A stretch of DNA of 64,000 bases from positions 55,676,001 to 55,740,000 of the forward strand of contig OZ076415.1 in NCBI GenBank assembly GCA_964187785.1, in the 5' to 3' direction. The notes beneath the pieces were generated by a model. That model did no database searches. It was not told where the DNA came from and saw only the letters and a list, made by a program, of their open reading frames with translations. Shown here in pieces: positions 45,726 through 56,129 of this stretch (its first letter is position 1; every line of letters starts with the position of its first letter). The DNA comes from Amphiscolops sp. MND2022. Lineage: Eukaryota. The position numbers and the translations under genes are program-made.

Positions 45726-47022
45726 TATTTTACCACTCGAAGCTTCACATAGTTCCCTCGACATTTTTGAGCGATCACCTGTTTTGATTACATTTGACTC
45801 TTCCTTTGAACAAAAGATTGGCCCGATTTACTCCCCCAATGGACCAACATTGGAATTTGAAGTTGTAGGAGACCGAAATAATTTTTTGGACCTACAAAAA
45901 ATTTTTCTCGAGATAAAATGCGAAATTAAACAAAGCGATGGAAATGACTTACGATATGATGCAACGGATGCAACACAAACAGACACTCCTATTTTTGTGA
46001 ATAATACATTACACTCTCTATTCTCCGAATGCACTGTTACTGCTAATGGAATAAAAATTTCCAATGCAAACGGTGTTTACGCACACAAGGCCTTTATTGA
46101 AACCGAATATTCGAATGGCAAGGAAGCCAAAGAAACATGGTTACGTTGCCAAGGATATACATATGAGCAGCATCCTGGGAACAGTACAACAACTCCATTT
46201 ACAAACAGAGAATTGGAGTCGAGACAGTCTGGAGAATTAACATTTTTTGGAAAAGTTGCAGCTGATGTATTTTCTTGTGATAAACATTTACTGAGTGGAG
46301 TGACTTTGCGAATTTCTTTTGTCCGTTCGAAACCAGAGTTTGTTTTGATTCATGATGACGTTGCAAAAAATTACAAAATTACCATTACCCAAGCCAATCT
46401 TTACGTCCGGAAAATGACAGTTTCTGAGCAGGTTTTTATAGCCATAGAGAAAACTCTGACAAAAACTCCAGCTCTGTATCGGTACACAGAGGTTCTACCC
46501 AAAACTTTTCTCATTCCGACAGGTAGTCGCAGTTGGAGTAAGGAAGACGTTTTCAGTCGAGAACCAATTCGACGATTCGCTTTGGCGCTCGTCAGTAATG
46601 CGTCTTTTCTTGGTTCAAAAGACACAAATCCATTTCATTACCAAAAACATAACCTAAACGAAGTTACTGTTTACCGGAATGGATACCCTGTTGCAGGAAC
46701 TCCTTTGGCAACAGATGATCTAAAACGAGTTTACATGTCAACAATGGATGCTCTCGCCTTTGGTCATCATGGACATGGAATTCCTTTCGCCGACTATGCT
46801 AATCATTTTGTAATGGTGTTTGACCTGACTAGCACCCAACAAGCATCTCATGATTTTCTTTATCCTGAGCTCACTAACGCAGCCATTTCGCTCGAGTTGA
46901 AGTTTTCAGCAGCGCTGGCAGTGAACACTGAGGTGTTTCTGTTGGGCGAAAAAGCATCAACAATTTACATTGACTCTCATAGAAAAGTCTCCAAAAACGT
47001 CATGTTAAACCCTACCACTTGA
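45715..47022 (+). CDS. Major capsid protein (double jelly roll, hexon-like)
   Basis: Likely start MLPNILP at 45715 (in frame with ORF 45616). It has an SSLDIF N-terminal motif, LEFEV, NNTLHSLFS, NPFHYQ and FDLT motifs, and is ~435 aa long. Confidence 0.9.
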   Translation: MLPNILPLEASHSSLDIFERSPVLITFDSSFEQKIGPIYSPNGPTLEFEVVGDRNNFLDLQKIFLEIKCEIKQSDGNDLRYDATDATQTDTPIFVNNTLHSLFSECTVTANGIKISNANGVYAHKAFIETEYSNGKEAKETWLRCQGYTYEQHPGNSTTTPFTNRELESRQSGELTFFGKVAADVFSCDKHLLSGVTLRISFVRSKPEFVLIHDDVAKNYKITITQANLYVRKMTVSEQVFIAIEKTLTKTPALYRYTEVLPKTFLIPTGSRSWSKEDVFSREPIRRFALALVSNASFLGSKDTNPFHYQKHNLNEVTVYRNGYPVAGTPLATDDLKRVYMSTMDALAFGHHGHGIPFADYANHFVMVFDLTSTQQASHDFLYPELTNAAISLELKFSAALAVNTEVFLLGEKASTIYIDSHRKVSKNVMLNPTT

Positions 47023-47025
47023 AAA

Positions 47026-47466
47026 ATGGATGAAGATTACATTGCCCACCTAATAAAAAACAGCCCAAGATTGAAATACAAGTTTGGAGGAATTTATCCC
47101 GCAGACAAGTTTCCTATCCTATTACCCAACAACACTTTTGTAATTGTCAATTCAGAAAACTCAAACAGCGCTGGGAAACATTGGATTGTTTGGAGCAACG
47201 TGAAAGGTACTTTCAACTTTGCAGATCCCCTTGGACTAGACCTATTTTTACATTATCCTAATATTGCTAAAAGAATCTCCGCGATACCAATCCAAGTTCA
47301 GCAGACATTAAAAGATGCCACAAAGACGCCATTACAAAATCAAAATTCAAACTTGTGTGGTTTGTATTGTATTTATATTGCTCATTTTTTGTTAAGTTCG
47401 TATTATCCATTGATTTCTTACATTTCTGAAACTGATTTGCTTCGCTTTGTAAAAACTCTCATGTAA
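47026..47466 (+). CDS. Adenain-like cysteine (maturation) protease
   Basis: Catalytic His (GKHWIV), Asp (FADPLG), and Gln/Cys (QNQNSNLCGLYC). Confidence 0.92.
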   Translation: MDEDYIAHLIKNSPRLKYKFGGIYPADKFPILLPNNTFVIVNSENSNSAGKHWIVWSNVKGTFNFADPLGLDLFLHYPNIAKRISAIPIQVQQTLKDATKTPLQNQNSNLCGLYCIYIAHFLLSSYYPLISYISETDLLRFVKTLM

Positions 47467-47496
47467 TTTAATGTTTAATTTCAAACATTTTTATTC

Positions 47497-48102
47497 TCAA
47501 ACAATTTCATTCAGAGAAAAGGTTAGTACAGGCACAAAATTAAGCGATCCGTGACCAGTTTGAAAAATATCAGCAATGAGTAGGAAATGACCACCATACG
47601 GTCCAAGCATAACATTTTCCAAGCGTTGTATTGTTCCTTGACTCAACCCAGAGCTGACTTGCACAGCCTTGTCACATTTTTGAACAGAAAAACAGATTGA
47701 TGGCAAGAGTTTCTTTGGGTTTCGATTAGGAGGGTCACAATTGTATTGAACGGCTTGATCCAATTTTTCAAAAATTTCACCACATATTTCCTTTTCATCA
47801 CTGTTTGCAATTAGTAAGGCGTAGGTTGAATATAAACATGGTAATAAATAACTTTTGGGTTGCCCTTTATAATTTTCACCAAAACACTGGGCCAAAACAT
47901 GATAGTGATTGTCTGGCAAAGCGTTACAAAGCCCATCATGCACAGGTGAGTGTAAGCCAATGGAAATAACAACATCTAATGGGAAGTCCACGCCAGCTTT
48001 GGGTTTTTCCTTGAATAAAAAGAAGCGAAAGTTTTTTCTAAATTGCTTAAAGTAATCGGGAGAACGCTCAAACATTGCTTCCACCATACTTTCTAGGATC
48101 AA
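47497..48102 (-). CDS. Maverick orphan ORF, 201 aa
   Basis: Long open ORF on the - strand, overlapping the end of ORF 48068-48637; no recognised family. Confidence 0.55.
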   Translation of the reverse strand: MILESMVEAMFERSPDYFKQFRKNFRFFLFKEKPKAGVDFPLDVVISIGLHSPVHDGLCNALPDNHYHVLAQCFGENYKGQPKSYLLPCLYSTYALLIANSDEKEICGEIFEKLDQAVQYNCDPPNRNPKKLLPSICFSVQKCDKAVQVSSGLSQGTIQRLENVMLGPYGGHFLLIADIFQTGHGSLNFVPVLTFSLNEIV

Positions 48103-48637
48103 TATTCTCCTTGTTTTCTCCGTCTACGTTGTCCCCGTCATCCTCCTCCGCCACAGAATCAACAAATGAGGGTTTCTTAATTTTTTTGCACTTTTTTGTA
48201 ACTTTTTTGATATTCGACGGTTGTAGAACTGATTTTCCTTTCCACAGTAGAATTTCAAACTCTTCTTTTGTCAACGTGATTTTTTGAACCAGAGCAAATT
48301 CAGCGTCTGGCTTCTTTTTGAAGAGTTTTAGAAACACGTAGGTTCCTGTATGCTCGTATGTTTTCACCGTTGCTCGCAATATTCTGTTGGATTTTTCTGA
48401 TAAGTCACAGTAATAGTCTCCAAAATCCTCGTCCTTAGCAAGAGTAAAATCACCAGAGAACATTCTGAATGTTGGAAACAAAATCAAAAGTATGAAGAAC
48501 CTGGTAAATATTGCAAGGTCAATGTCTGAGGTGGGCGGGCTTTTATGGTTCAAGGTTTGGCCACCCTGCTTTAATCTTTCATGTAAACAACAAACGCTTG
48601 CACCGCCGACTGATAAATCAAGATCATTACCACCCAC
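48068..48637 (-). CDS. Maverick ORF, possible PC4-like ssDNA-binding protein with acidic tail (start probably at MFSGD)
   Basis: RILRATVKTYEHTGTYVFLKLFKK..QKITLTKEEFEIL resembles a PC4 beta-sheet/helix pattern; the tail is basic then acidic. Confidence 0.45.
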   Translation of the reverse strand: MGGNDLDLSVGGASVCCLHERLKQGGQTLNHKSPPTSDIDLAIFTRFFILLILFPTFRMFSGDFTLAKDEDFGDYYCDLSEKSNRILRATVKTYEHTGTYVFLKLFKKKPDAEFALVQKITLTKEEFEILLWKGKSVLQPSNIKKVTKKCKKIKKPSFVDSVAEEDDGDNVDGENKENIDPRKYGGSNV

Positions 48638-48879
48638 GTTGATCTTTCAAGTAGACAGCAAACGCCCAGGCCATGACACTGGTGTTAAAATTCAAAACAT
48701 CTGAAAAATCAAAATAGACTCGATGTAATAATTCAAAACACATTGTTACCATGTGGAAATCGGACCACCGTGAGAAACAAAAAAAACTGTAGATTCACTA
48801 GCGTTCAAAACTCAAGCCGTTATTCGATAAATTCGCTACCGCTCAAACAGTTGGTCTTGTCCAAGTCGACGATTCAACT

Positions 48880-49479
48880 ATGGCTACTGTCTTTACACAT
48901 TTTACAAGCAAACGCTTCATCATTTATGAAACACAATTTCAAAAAGCGCTCTCAATAATTGAACAGATGAGGTCTGACGAAAATGACCGGTGGGAAACAA
49001 AGCAACATATTCTGTTACCAAACATGGTCTATCACAAGTTGAGCAAACAACCGACTGAAGAGACGATTCTGGAAAGAAAGAGAAAGATTGACTCTGTGGA
49101 CTGTGAAGCAGCGTCTAACTGGGATATAGAAAGTCTTCATCGTTGTGACCTACCAATGGTACCTATACAAATCAAACGCATCCTGTGTAGAGACGACTGC
49201 GCAATGGTTCCATTAACGGAGAATCAAATGGGTTTCTTCAGGGAGGTTGATTCACTTGAAGATTTTTGGGGAGTTGAACATGATCCTGCATCTCCATCAC
49301 CACAAGTCTCCCCAGAAGTTCTGGTCTGCACAACAGAAGACGAAGAGACGAAAGATGGTGATGATCTAACAGTGAGTCCTCAAATTGTGACGCCTGATAG
49401 CACTCGAACTGCAGCGTTGGAGCCACCACCAGTGAAGAAGGCAAAACAGCAGGAAAAGAAACTTTTGAAGCGATTCTAA
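48880..49479 (+). CDS. Maverick orphan ORF, 199 aa
   Basis: Open ORF divergent from the - strand pair; ends in the NLS-like PPVKKAKQQEKK. Confidence 0.55.
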   Translation: MATVFTHFTSKRFIIYETQFQKALSIIEQMRSDENDRWETKQHILLPNMVYHKLSKQPTEETILERKRKIDSVDCEAASNWDIESLHRCDLPMVPIQIKRILCRDDCAMVPLTENQMGFFREVDSLEDFWGVEHDPASPSPQVSPEVLVCTTEDEETKDGDDLTVSPQIVTPDSTRTAALEPPPVKKAKQQEKKLLKRF

Positions 49480-50346
49480 CCAATCTAACAAATACTGTCA
49501 AAAGCTTACTAACCAATCTAACCAAATACTGTCAAAAGCTTACTAACCACGTCGAAATTTGAAGACATTTTATGCAGAGTTCTGTTTAAAGTAGCCTAGG
49601 AAATCGTTTTTGAGAGTTGAGTTTGCGAAAAATTTACAAGACTTTTCCACAGGAGTAAATTTCAAAAGTCGCGTAGTTTACGAGATTTTGAACATTTTTT
49701 AAACTCAATTTTTGATCATTTTCGGTCAAAAAAACAAACATTTCTCAACATTGAAAAAAGTTTCGGAGCCAAAATTTGGCACACAACTAGAAAAGAGGAC
49801 GCTGAAAACGCTGGTGAAAACCGCAGGGCGCTAGCTTTACCGAGTGTTGAGATTTTGACCAAAAAATGGATTTTTTTAAAATGCCATTTTTTGACAAAAA
49901 ATGTCAATTTTCTCAAAAACTGTTGGTCGGATCGGTCTGAAAATTTGCAGGTAGGTGCGCAAGACGATTTTGAAAAAATGAAATTCGAAAAAGGGGGGTG
50001 CATGGAAAATTTGACCTTTTTGAAAAAATGAAAAAAATTCCTGTTCCTCCCCCCCCCCCCTATAATGCCCAGCAGTCACTATACGGAAACAAAAAGTTAG
50101 TCGAACATGCATACAATTTTCCTGGAAAAAACATGGCGCCTGGAATACCGTAAAAGGTGGTCGAATCAAAATTTAAAGAAATCCAGTCTCTCGGGATACC
50201 ATAATTGGTTATCGCCTTGTTAAAAGTCGAACATGCAAACAATTTTCCTGGTAAAAATGGCACCTGGGATACCATAAATAGTGATCGAATCAGAATTCAA
50301 AGAATTCAGTCGCTCGGGATACCATAAATGGTAATCACCTCCTTAA

Positions 50347-53300
50347 TTGATCGGAGCGAAGTGCAAAAACATTTTCTCAATCTCAACATTGAGGAACACT
50401 CGACTTTCCAAAATGGGTGTGGAGTGTGATCTTTGTCTAAAAACATATAGTTCTTTGAGAAATTTGCGTCGGCACAAGCAAAATATACACAACACACAAC
50501 CCAAAGTTCAACCTTTTGCTTGCTCCGATTGTGATTTTCAAAACACTTCTCTGGTTACGATGAAACAACATTTTTTACAAAAACATGGACATATAATAGT
50601 AAATCATTGCCTTTATTGCAACATAGTTTACGGTGAAGCTACGAAATACTCGTATCATCTTGAGCATGATCATGGTTTACCAACAATATTTACACCCCGC
50701 GAAAATGACAACATCGAAAGAATGACCGGTTATCAACAGGTGGAAAAAGCCTTTTGGGGATCATTGGAAACGTATCAACTCAAGCGAAGGATCACATCAA
50801 TTGATTTATTCGAACTACTTTGTAAGGAAAAAAATCAAATACAAAACCTTATTAGAGAAAAATGTCGCAATGGACCCAAGAAATTTCAATTAACAACTGA
50901 ATTGAAGTTAGTTAAACCGAAAGTTGATGATGACTCTCAAGAGACAATCACAATTTATACCAACACAAAGTTGCAACCAGTTTACTTTTATGGGATCACA
51001 GACAACGACTATTATCAATTGATAGAACAACTTACTTCAGCTTTATTTACTTTTGCATCCCAAGGAAGTGGGTGGATTTTGTCCGAAATTAAAAACCTTT
51101 TTGTTAAATTTACATCCTATTCTCCCATTCGGGGTAGCTCTTACATCGCACTTCCAAATAAACTTCAAGGTTGTAGGTCACTACTCAATATTCGGAACAT
51201 TGAAGATGAGAATTGCTTTATATATTGTTATACGGCCGCTTACCACTTGCACACAGACATACCATTGGTTGAAACAAGTTCGTGGCGCTGCAAAACAAAC
51301 CCAGGCACTTATAATCCTACATATAATCCTCTGGCAAAAAAGCATGCAGGCAACTTTCGGATGCCAATGCCGTTTCATGAACTTGAACGATTCGAAAAAC
51401 TCAACAAAGTCCAAGTCAATGTGTTTATATTGGAGAAGAAAGATTTGTTACCTCTCAGAGTCTCTAAATTCCCTAGTGACTTTATCATGGATCTTTTATT
51501 GTTGTCAGAAGGAGGTTCTCATCACTACGTACTGATTACTGATTTGAAACATTTTGTAAACTTTTTGAAAAATAAACAAAGTAGATCGAGGGATGAAATT
51601 TGCAGAAACTGTTTTCATATTTGTAGTTCAACCGGGAGTTTCGAAATACACAAGCTCAACTGTTACGAAAACGAGGCCGCGGCGATCATTTTACCCGATG
51701 AGCATAAAAACATACATCAATTCAAAAATACAAGAGCAGTTTGGTTTGTTCCACTGGTTATTTACCTTGATACTGAAGCGCTCCTAGTGCCTTTATCTAC
51801 ATGCGCTCCTTCACCCAGTATTAGCAGTCAAGTAAAGTTGGAAAAACATGTGCCTTGTGGTTATGCTTTTGTAATTGTAGAACATGGAAATGATAAAGTT
51901 TTGTCTTACAGAATCATGCGAGGTCCCGATTGCTTGGACGATTTAATAAAAGAATTGGAAAAATTGGCAACAGACATTTATCAAAGAAAACAAAGTCACC
52001 GAATTTACAAGGGCAAGCCTTCGACGCACAAAGACACTGTAAATGATTGTTGGATTTGTAAAAAACCTTTCACGAATGACGAGCAGAAAGTGTTGGACCA
52101 TTGTCATTACAGTGGTACATTCCTAGGGTGGGCACATTCAGAATGTAATCTACAAAGGAAGTCAATAAACTTCACCCCCGTGATAGCACACAACATGGCT
52201 GGATATGATATACACCACATTTGTTCGGCAATCAACAATTGTAATCCAAAGAACAAGTTTTCAGTTATTCCTACAACTGACGAAAAGTACATTTCCTTCA
52301 CATTTTCTGTGTGGGTAAACTCATATACTGACAAGAATGGAATGACAAAAAATGTATATGAAGACATGCGATTCTTGGACTCTTTCAAGTTCATGCCCCA
52401 GTCACTAGATAAACTGGCGGGTTTCTTACCACAGGATAAATTCATTTATCTGGAGAATCAATTCAATACATACAAAACACCGTCGCAAATTGACTTGCTG
52501 AAAAGGAAAGGTGTTTATCCCTATTCATACATGGACAGTTTCGATAAATTTGCCGAGGAAAAGCTTCCCCCAAAAGAGTTTTGGAAAAACACTCTCGCAG
52601 GGGGTGAAGTCACAATTAGTGATCAGGATTTACAACATGCTAGTCTTGTATACCAAGAGTTTGATTGCAAAACACTAGGTCACTATCACGATTTATATTT
52701 ACACACCGATGTTTTGATTTTGGCCTCGGTATTCGAAGAGTTTAGAAAAGTGTGTTATGCAACTTACGGACTGGATTGTGCTCATTTTTATACTGCGTCA
52801 AATTTGTCCGGTGAAGCCTTCCTTAAAGTGTGCAACGCAGATATCGAATTACTAACTAATCGAGAACACCTTGAAGTTGCTGAAAACCTAATCCGCGGAG
52901 GAATTTCTTCCGTGTTTGCAAAACGCAAATTTGAAGCAAATAACAAATATCTACCAACATACAACTCTTCACAGAAGCAAACATTTGGGTTGTTTATTGA
53001 TGCAAACAACTTGTATGGAGGAATCATGGAAAAGTTCCCCTTGCCTTTAAAAAACTTTGTATTGAAAAGAGAAGGCGAAGTTGACCTACAAGAAATACTA
53101 AATACTCCAAATGACTCACCAGTTGGATATGTATTGGAAGTTGACTTGCATTATCCTGATCATTTGCACGATTTACACACTGATTTCCCTTTGGCTCCTA
53201 CGAAGGAAACAATTAATTTTTTTTGGCTCGGTGAATATCAAACACGATTGCTGGAAATGAGTGGAACAAAGACCTTTTCAACAAAAAACAAAAAGTTGAT

Positions 53301-54579
53301 CCAAACACTCTACGACAAAACCAATTATACTATACATTACATGACATTGAAATTATACTGTGAACTGGGGTTACAAGTTACCAAAGTACATAGAGTGTTG
53401 CAATTTGAACAGTCAAAATGGCTTCAGCCATATATACAGTTAAACACAATGAAACGAAAAGCGTCTACAAACAAGTTTGAAGAAAACTTTTTCAAACTAA
53501 TGAGCAACTCTGCTTTTGGTAAAATCATGGAAAGTAAAAGAAAACGATTGTCCATTGAGATTGTCCGCACGCAAGATGAGTTGCAAAAGCAAACAAGCAA
53601 AATGTGGATGAAAACGTTCAAGATTTTCAACAACCAGTTGGCTGCCATAACGTTTGCACAGCGCAAAATTTACTGGGACAAGCCAACGATAGTCGGCGCC
53701 ACCATCTTGGATTTATCTAAACGACATATGTACTGGTTTCATTACATGTACATGAAACCAAACTTCCGAACATTAGTGCTCTACTCCGATACAGATTCCC
53801 TAATTTATGAAATCGAATCGGAAGACATATACGCTGACCTCAAAGAAAACGAACAAGTGCACCCAGAGTTTGACTTTTCAAACTATAAAGAAGATAATCA
53901 ACTATATTCCAAACATCAAAAGTTGGAAACTTTGAAATTCAAAGACGAAGTTGGTGGTAAAATCATACACAGCATTGTTGCACTAAAATCAAAATTGTAT
54001 TCAATCGCGATGGGTGGTCAACAAAAAATTTCTGCAAAAGGAACCACCAAACATGCACAAAAGAACCTACAACACTCTGTATTTTATCGAATTCTCGAAA
54101 AAGAAACACTACTTAGAACATTAAACTACACAATAAATAGTGAAAGACATAATCTGTTTACCTTGCAGACGACAAAAATTTCTCTAAGCTGTTTTGACGA
54201 TAAAAGATATATAATGCCAAACGGCGTTGATACCTTACCTTTTGGACATTATTCTTTGCGAGACGACGTAATATTCAGAGAAATTGGGGCGGATTGCGAT
54301 TGGGGGGACGAGGAGGAGGACTTTATTCAGTCACCGATACAGTCAAACTCCAACCAACCAGCTTTATTTTCCCCACCCGACCCTGGACTTAATCAAGATG
54401 CAATAGAAGAAAGTGAAATACCAGACGTTATTGACCTAACAGAGTTGTCTGATTTCGAAGAAGACTTACCCAATACCCAACCAAATGTATTTTTAGACTG
54501 TGAAGCAGTGGAAGTTCCCACCCGTGGTCCCCCTCCTCAGAAAAAAGTCAAATTTTATATTGATAATGAATTACCGTAA
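50347..54579 (+). CDS. Protein-primed family B DNA polymerase (pPolB) with N-terminal C2H2 fingers, OTU-like region and Endonuclease VII-like insert
   Basis: ExoI YLDTEA, ExoII HNMAGYD, EndoVII-like CWIC..DHCHYSG..AHSECN, motif A DANNLYG, motif B KLMSNSAFGK, motif C YSDTDS and KLY/AKG motifs. The ORF is uninterrupted; likely start 50413. Confidence 0.97.
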   Translation: MIGAKCKNIFSISTLRNTRLSKMGVECDLCLKTYSSLRNLRRHKQNIHNTQPKVQPFACSDCDFQNTSLVTMKQHFLQKHGHIIVNHCLYCNIVYGEATKYSYHLEHDHGLPTIFTPRENDNIERMTGYQQVEKAFWGSLETYQLKRRITSIDLFELLCKEKNQIQNLIREKCRNGPKKFQLTTELKLVKPKVDDDSQETITIYTNTKLQPVYFYGITDNDYYQLIEQLTSALFTFASQGSGWILSEIKNLFVKFTSYSPIRGSSYIALPNKLQGCRSLLNIRNIEDENCFIYCYTAAYHLHTDIPLVETSSWRCKTNPGTYNPTYNPLAKKHAGNFRMPMPFHELERFEKLNKVQVNVFILEKKDLLPLRVSKFPSDFIMDLLLLSEGGSHHYVLITDLKHFVNFLKNKQSRSRDEICRNCFHICSSTGSFEIHKLNCYENEAAAIILPDEHKNIHQFKNTRAVWFVPLVIYLDTEALLVPLSTCAPSPSISSQVKLEKHVPCGYAFVIVEHGNDKVLSYRIMRGPDCLDDLIKELEKLATDIYQRKQSHRIYKGKPSTHKDTVNDCWICKKPFTNDEQKVLDHCHYSGTFLGWAHSECNLQRKSINFTPVIAHNMAGYDIHHICSAINNCNPKNKFSVIPTTDEKYISFTFSVWVNSYTDKNGMTKNVYEDMRFLDSFKFMPQSLDKLAGFLPQDKFIYLENQFNTYKTPSQIDLLKRKGVYPYSYMDSFDKFAEEKLPPKEFWKNTLAGGEVTISDQDLQHASLVYQEFDCKTLGHYHDLYLHTDVLILASVFEEFRKVCYATYGLDCAHFYTASNLSGEAFLKVCNADIELLTNREHLEVAENLIRGGISSVFAKRKFEANNKYLPTYNSSQKQTFGLFIDANNLYGGIMEKFPLPLKNFVLKREGEVDLQEILNTPNDSPVGYVLEVDLHYPDHLHDLHTDFPLAPTKETINFFWLGEYQTRLLEMSGTKTFSTKNKKLIQTLYDKTNYTIHYMTLKLYCELGLQVTKVHRVLQFEQSKWLQPYIQLNTMKRKASTNKFEENFFKLMSNSAFGKIMESKRKRLSIEIVRTQDELQKQTSKMWMKTFKIFNNQLAAITFAQRKIYWDKPTIVGATILDLSKRHMYWFHYMYMKPNFRTLVLYSDTDSLIYEIESEDIYADLKENEQVHPEFDFSNYKEDNQLYSKHQKLETLKFKDEVGGKIIHSIVALKSKLYSIAMGGQQKISAKGTTKHAQKNLQHSVFYRILEKETLLRTLNYTINSERHNLFTLQTTKISLSCFDDKRYIMPNGVDTLPFGHYSLRDDVIFREIGADCDWGDEEEDFIQSPIQSNSNQPALFSPPDPGLNQDAIEESEIPDVIDLTELSDFEEDLPNTQPNVFLDCEAVEVPTRGPPPQKKVKFYIDNELP

Positions 54580-54948
54580 TATCATTCACTAATTTTTCTT
54601 TGTATAACGTTAACAGCATAATAAAGCTTGAATTTGTGAAATTCATTTTGTTTTCAAACAAGAGTTGAAACGAAGAATGGTGGTTTACAGTTATATTAAC
54701 TTTAACTTGGGTAGGTCAGGGGTTAGCAACAACATGTAGATTCAAAACGAATTTGTTGGGAAGTTAAGATATTTTACAGGTAGAAATAAGAACACCGCTA
54801 CCACTACATTTGGAGGAACGCATATTACTATTCCTAATAATATTAAGTGTTCATACAGATAAGAAAGTTGGAAATACCACTCCCTTTATTTACAAGAAAG
54901 TTGTACCAGTATTAGTCAATCCAGCTTTACAATTCAATTACAACAAAA

Positions 54949-55235
54949 TTTCAAGGTTAGTACTTTCCAAACTTTCAGGCATTCAAAGAATAAACAAGAA
55001 TGTCTACGCTTTTACATGTACTTTCGCAAAAATCCGATTCCAAAAACGAATACAAAAAGAATCCGACCAATAATTTACTTTCGTAGTCAAAAGCCGAAGT
55101 ATTTCCGAACACCAATTTGGAAGGACACCTTCCTTTTAGGGATAGGTCCTAAAATTTCAGAGCAAGGACCCACCCCGTGAAAACCGAGGACCCCCCCCCC
55201 CCCCCGTTGAAAGGCCGGCGGAAATCTTAACTACT
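54949..55235 (-). repeat. Right TIR of the Maverick
   Basis: Reverse complement of 39506-39808, ending ACTACT. Confidence 0.95.
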
Positions 55236-55360
55236 TATATACGCATATTAAAATAATGTCTTCGTCATGTGTTGCGAAGCACCGCTTCGCCTCTGTGTTC
55301 TTACATTGGATCTTGTCAAAAATCACACGTTTGCTCCCAACATCACCTTACAGCTGTATT

Positions 55361-55779
55361 GCATGCTACGGATGCGGGACAAAACAGCCGATTTTAAAAC
55401 GGGACGAAACAGCCGATTTTCAAAACGGAACAAGAGTGCTGTTACAGCCAATATGCATGGAACGTGATTTATTTGAAGAGGTTCATATTTGTTGTTTGGC
55501 TCGGTCGTTTCACTCCCTTCGCCAAGAAGCAACATTGAGGCATGGCAATATGGCGCGTCGCTTCGCTCTTGCATTTAGGGCACTAGGGGTATGTGAACAT
55601 AGCTAACTACGTTATAATAAGTTTATTGACTGCTGATCTTACGCATTGACAAAATCGGCGATTTTTATTTTTACCAATCGGCGATTTTGTACTGTTTTAA
55701 AGTCGACTGTTTTGCCCTATTTTGAAAATCGGCTGTTTTGACCCGTTTAAAATCGGCTGTTTTGTCCCGCTCCCCATGC
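55361..55779. mobile_element. MITE-like element with ~75-bp TIRs built from AAAACAGCCGATTTT repeats
   Basis: GCATG..GCGGGACAAAACAGCCGATTTT (55361-55435) is inverted at ~55710-55779. Confidence 0.55.
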
Positions 55780-56129
55780 TGCCTACATGGTATCATTTTT
55801 CAAAATTTGGAACATTTTAATACTTCGCCATAGCTTTGAGCCTTGGTTTAACGGGAGCGGCTCACTATGGAGACGGTTCACTAAGCCGACCAAATAAATT
55901 CATTCTCAGCGCGTGATTAAATTCATTCTAAACGCGCGATTAAATTCATTCAAATTTGATTGGACAAAAATATATGCGGATGATAGTACATGTAAACAAA
56001 ATAGCGTCATCAATCGAATATTACGATAACGTAGTCAGATATGGTCACATACCGTATTTCTTCGAATAGAAGTCGCCCCCGATTGGAAGCCGCATTAAGC
56101 GTGAAAATTGTATCTTGAAAGCCATAGCT

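Larger units (their letters stand above)
39506..55235 (+). mobile_element. Full-length Maverick/Polinton (adintovirus-like endogenous viral element), 15,730 bp
   Basis: Termini AGTAGT...ACTACT, TIRs 39506-~39808 and ~54949-55235, and 6-bp TSD TATATA (39500-39505, 55236-55241). It encodes integrase, ATPase, minor and major capsid proteins, protease and pPolB. Confidence 0.97.
39274..55299 (+). mobile_element. HINE-like element (family 3), split by the Maverick insertion
   Basis: subTIR CACATGACGAAG (39280-39291) / CTTCGTCATGTG (55260-55271) and hairpin GCGAAGC-ACC-GCTTCGC (55274-55290). Removing 39506-55241 restores a sequence largely colinear with the copy at ~63360-63657. Confidence 0.75.

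Noticed and set aside
40263-53666. Antisense or alternate-frame ORFs overlapping Maverick core genes (e.g. 42604-42885, 43336-43608, 51053-51535, 52107-52445)
   Set aside because: They are shadows of well-supported genes, with no motifs and lengths expected by chance.
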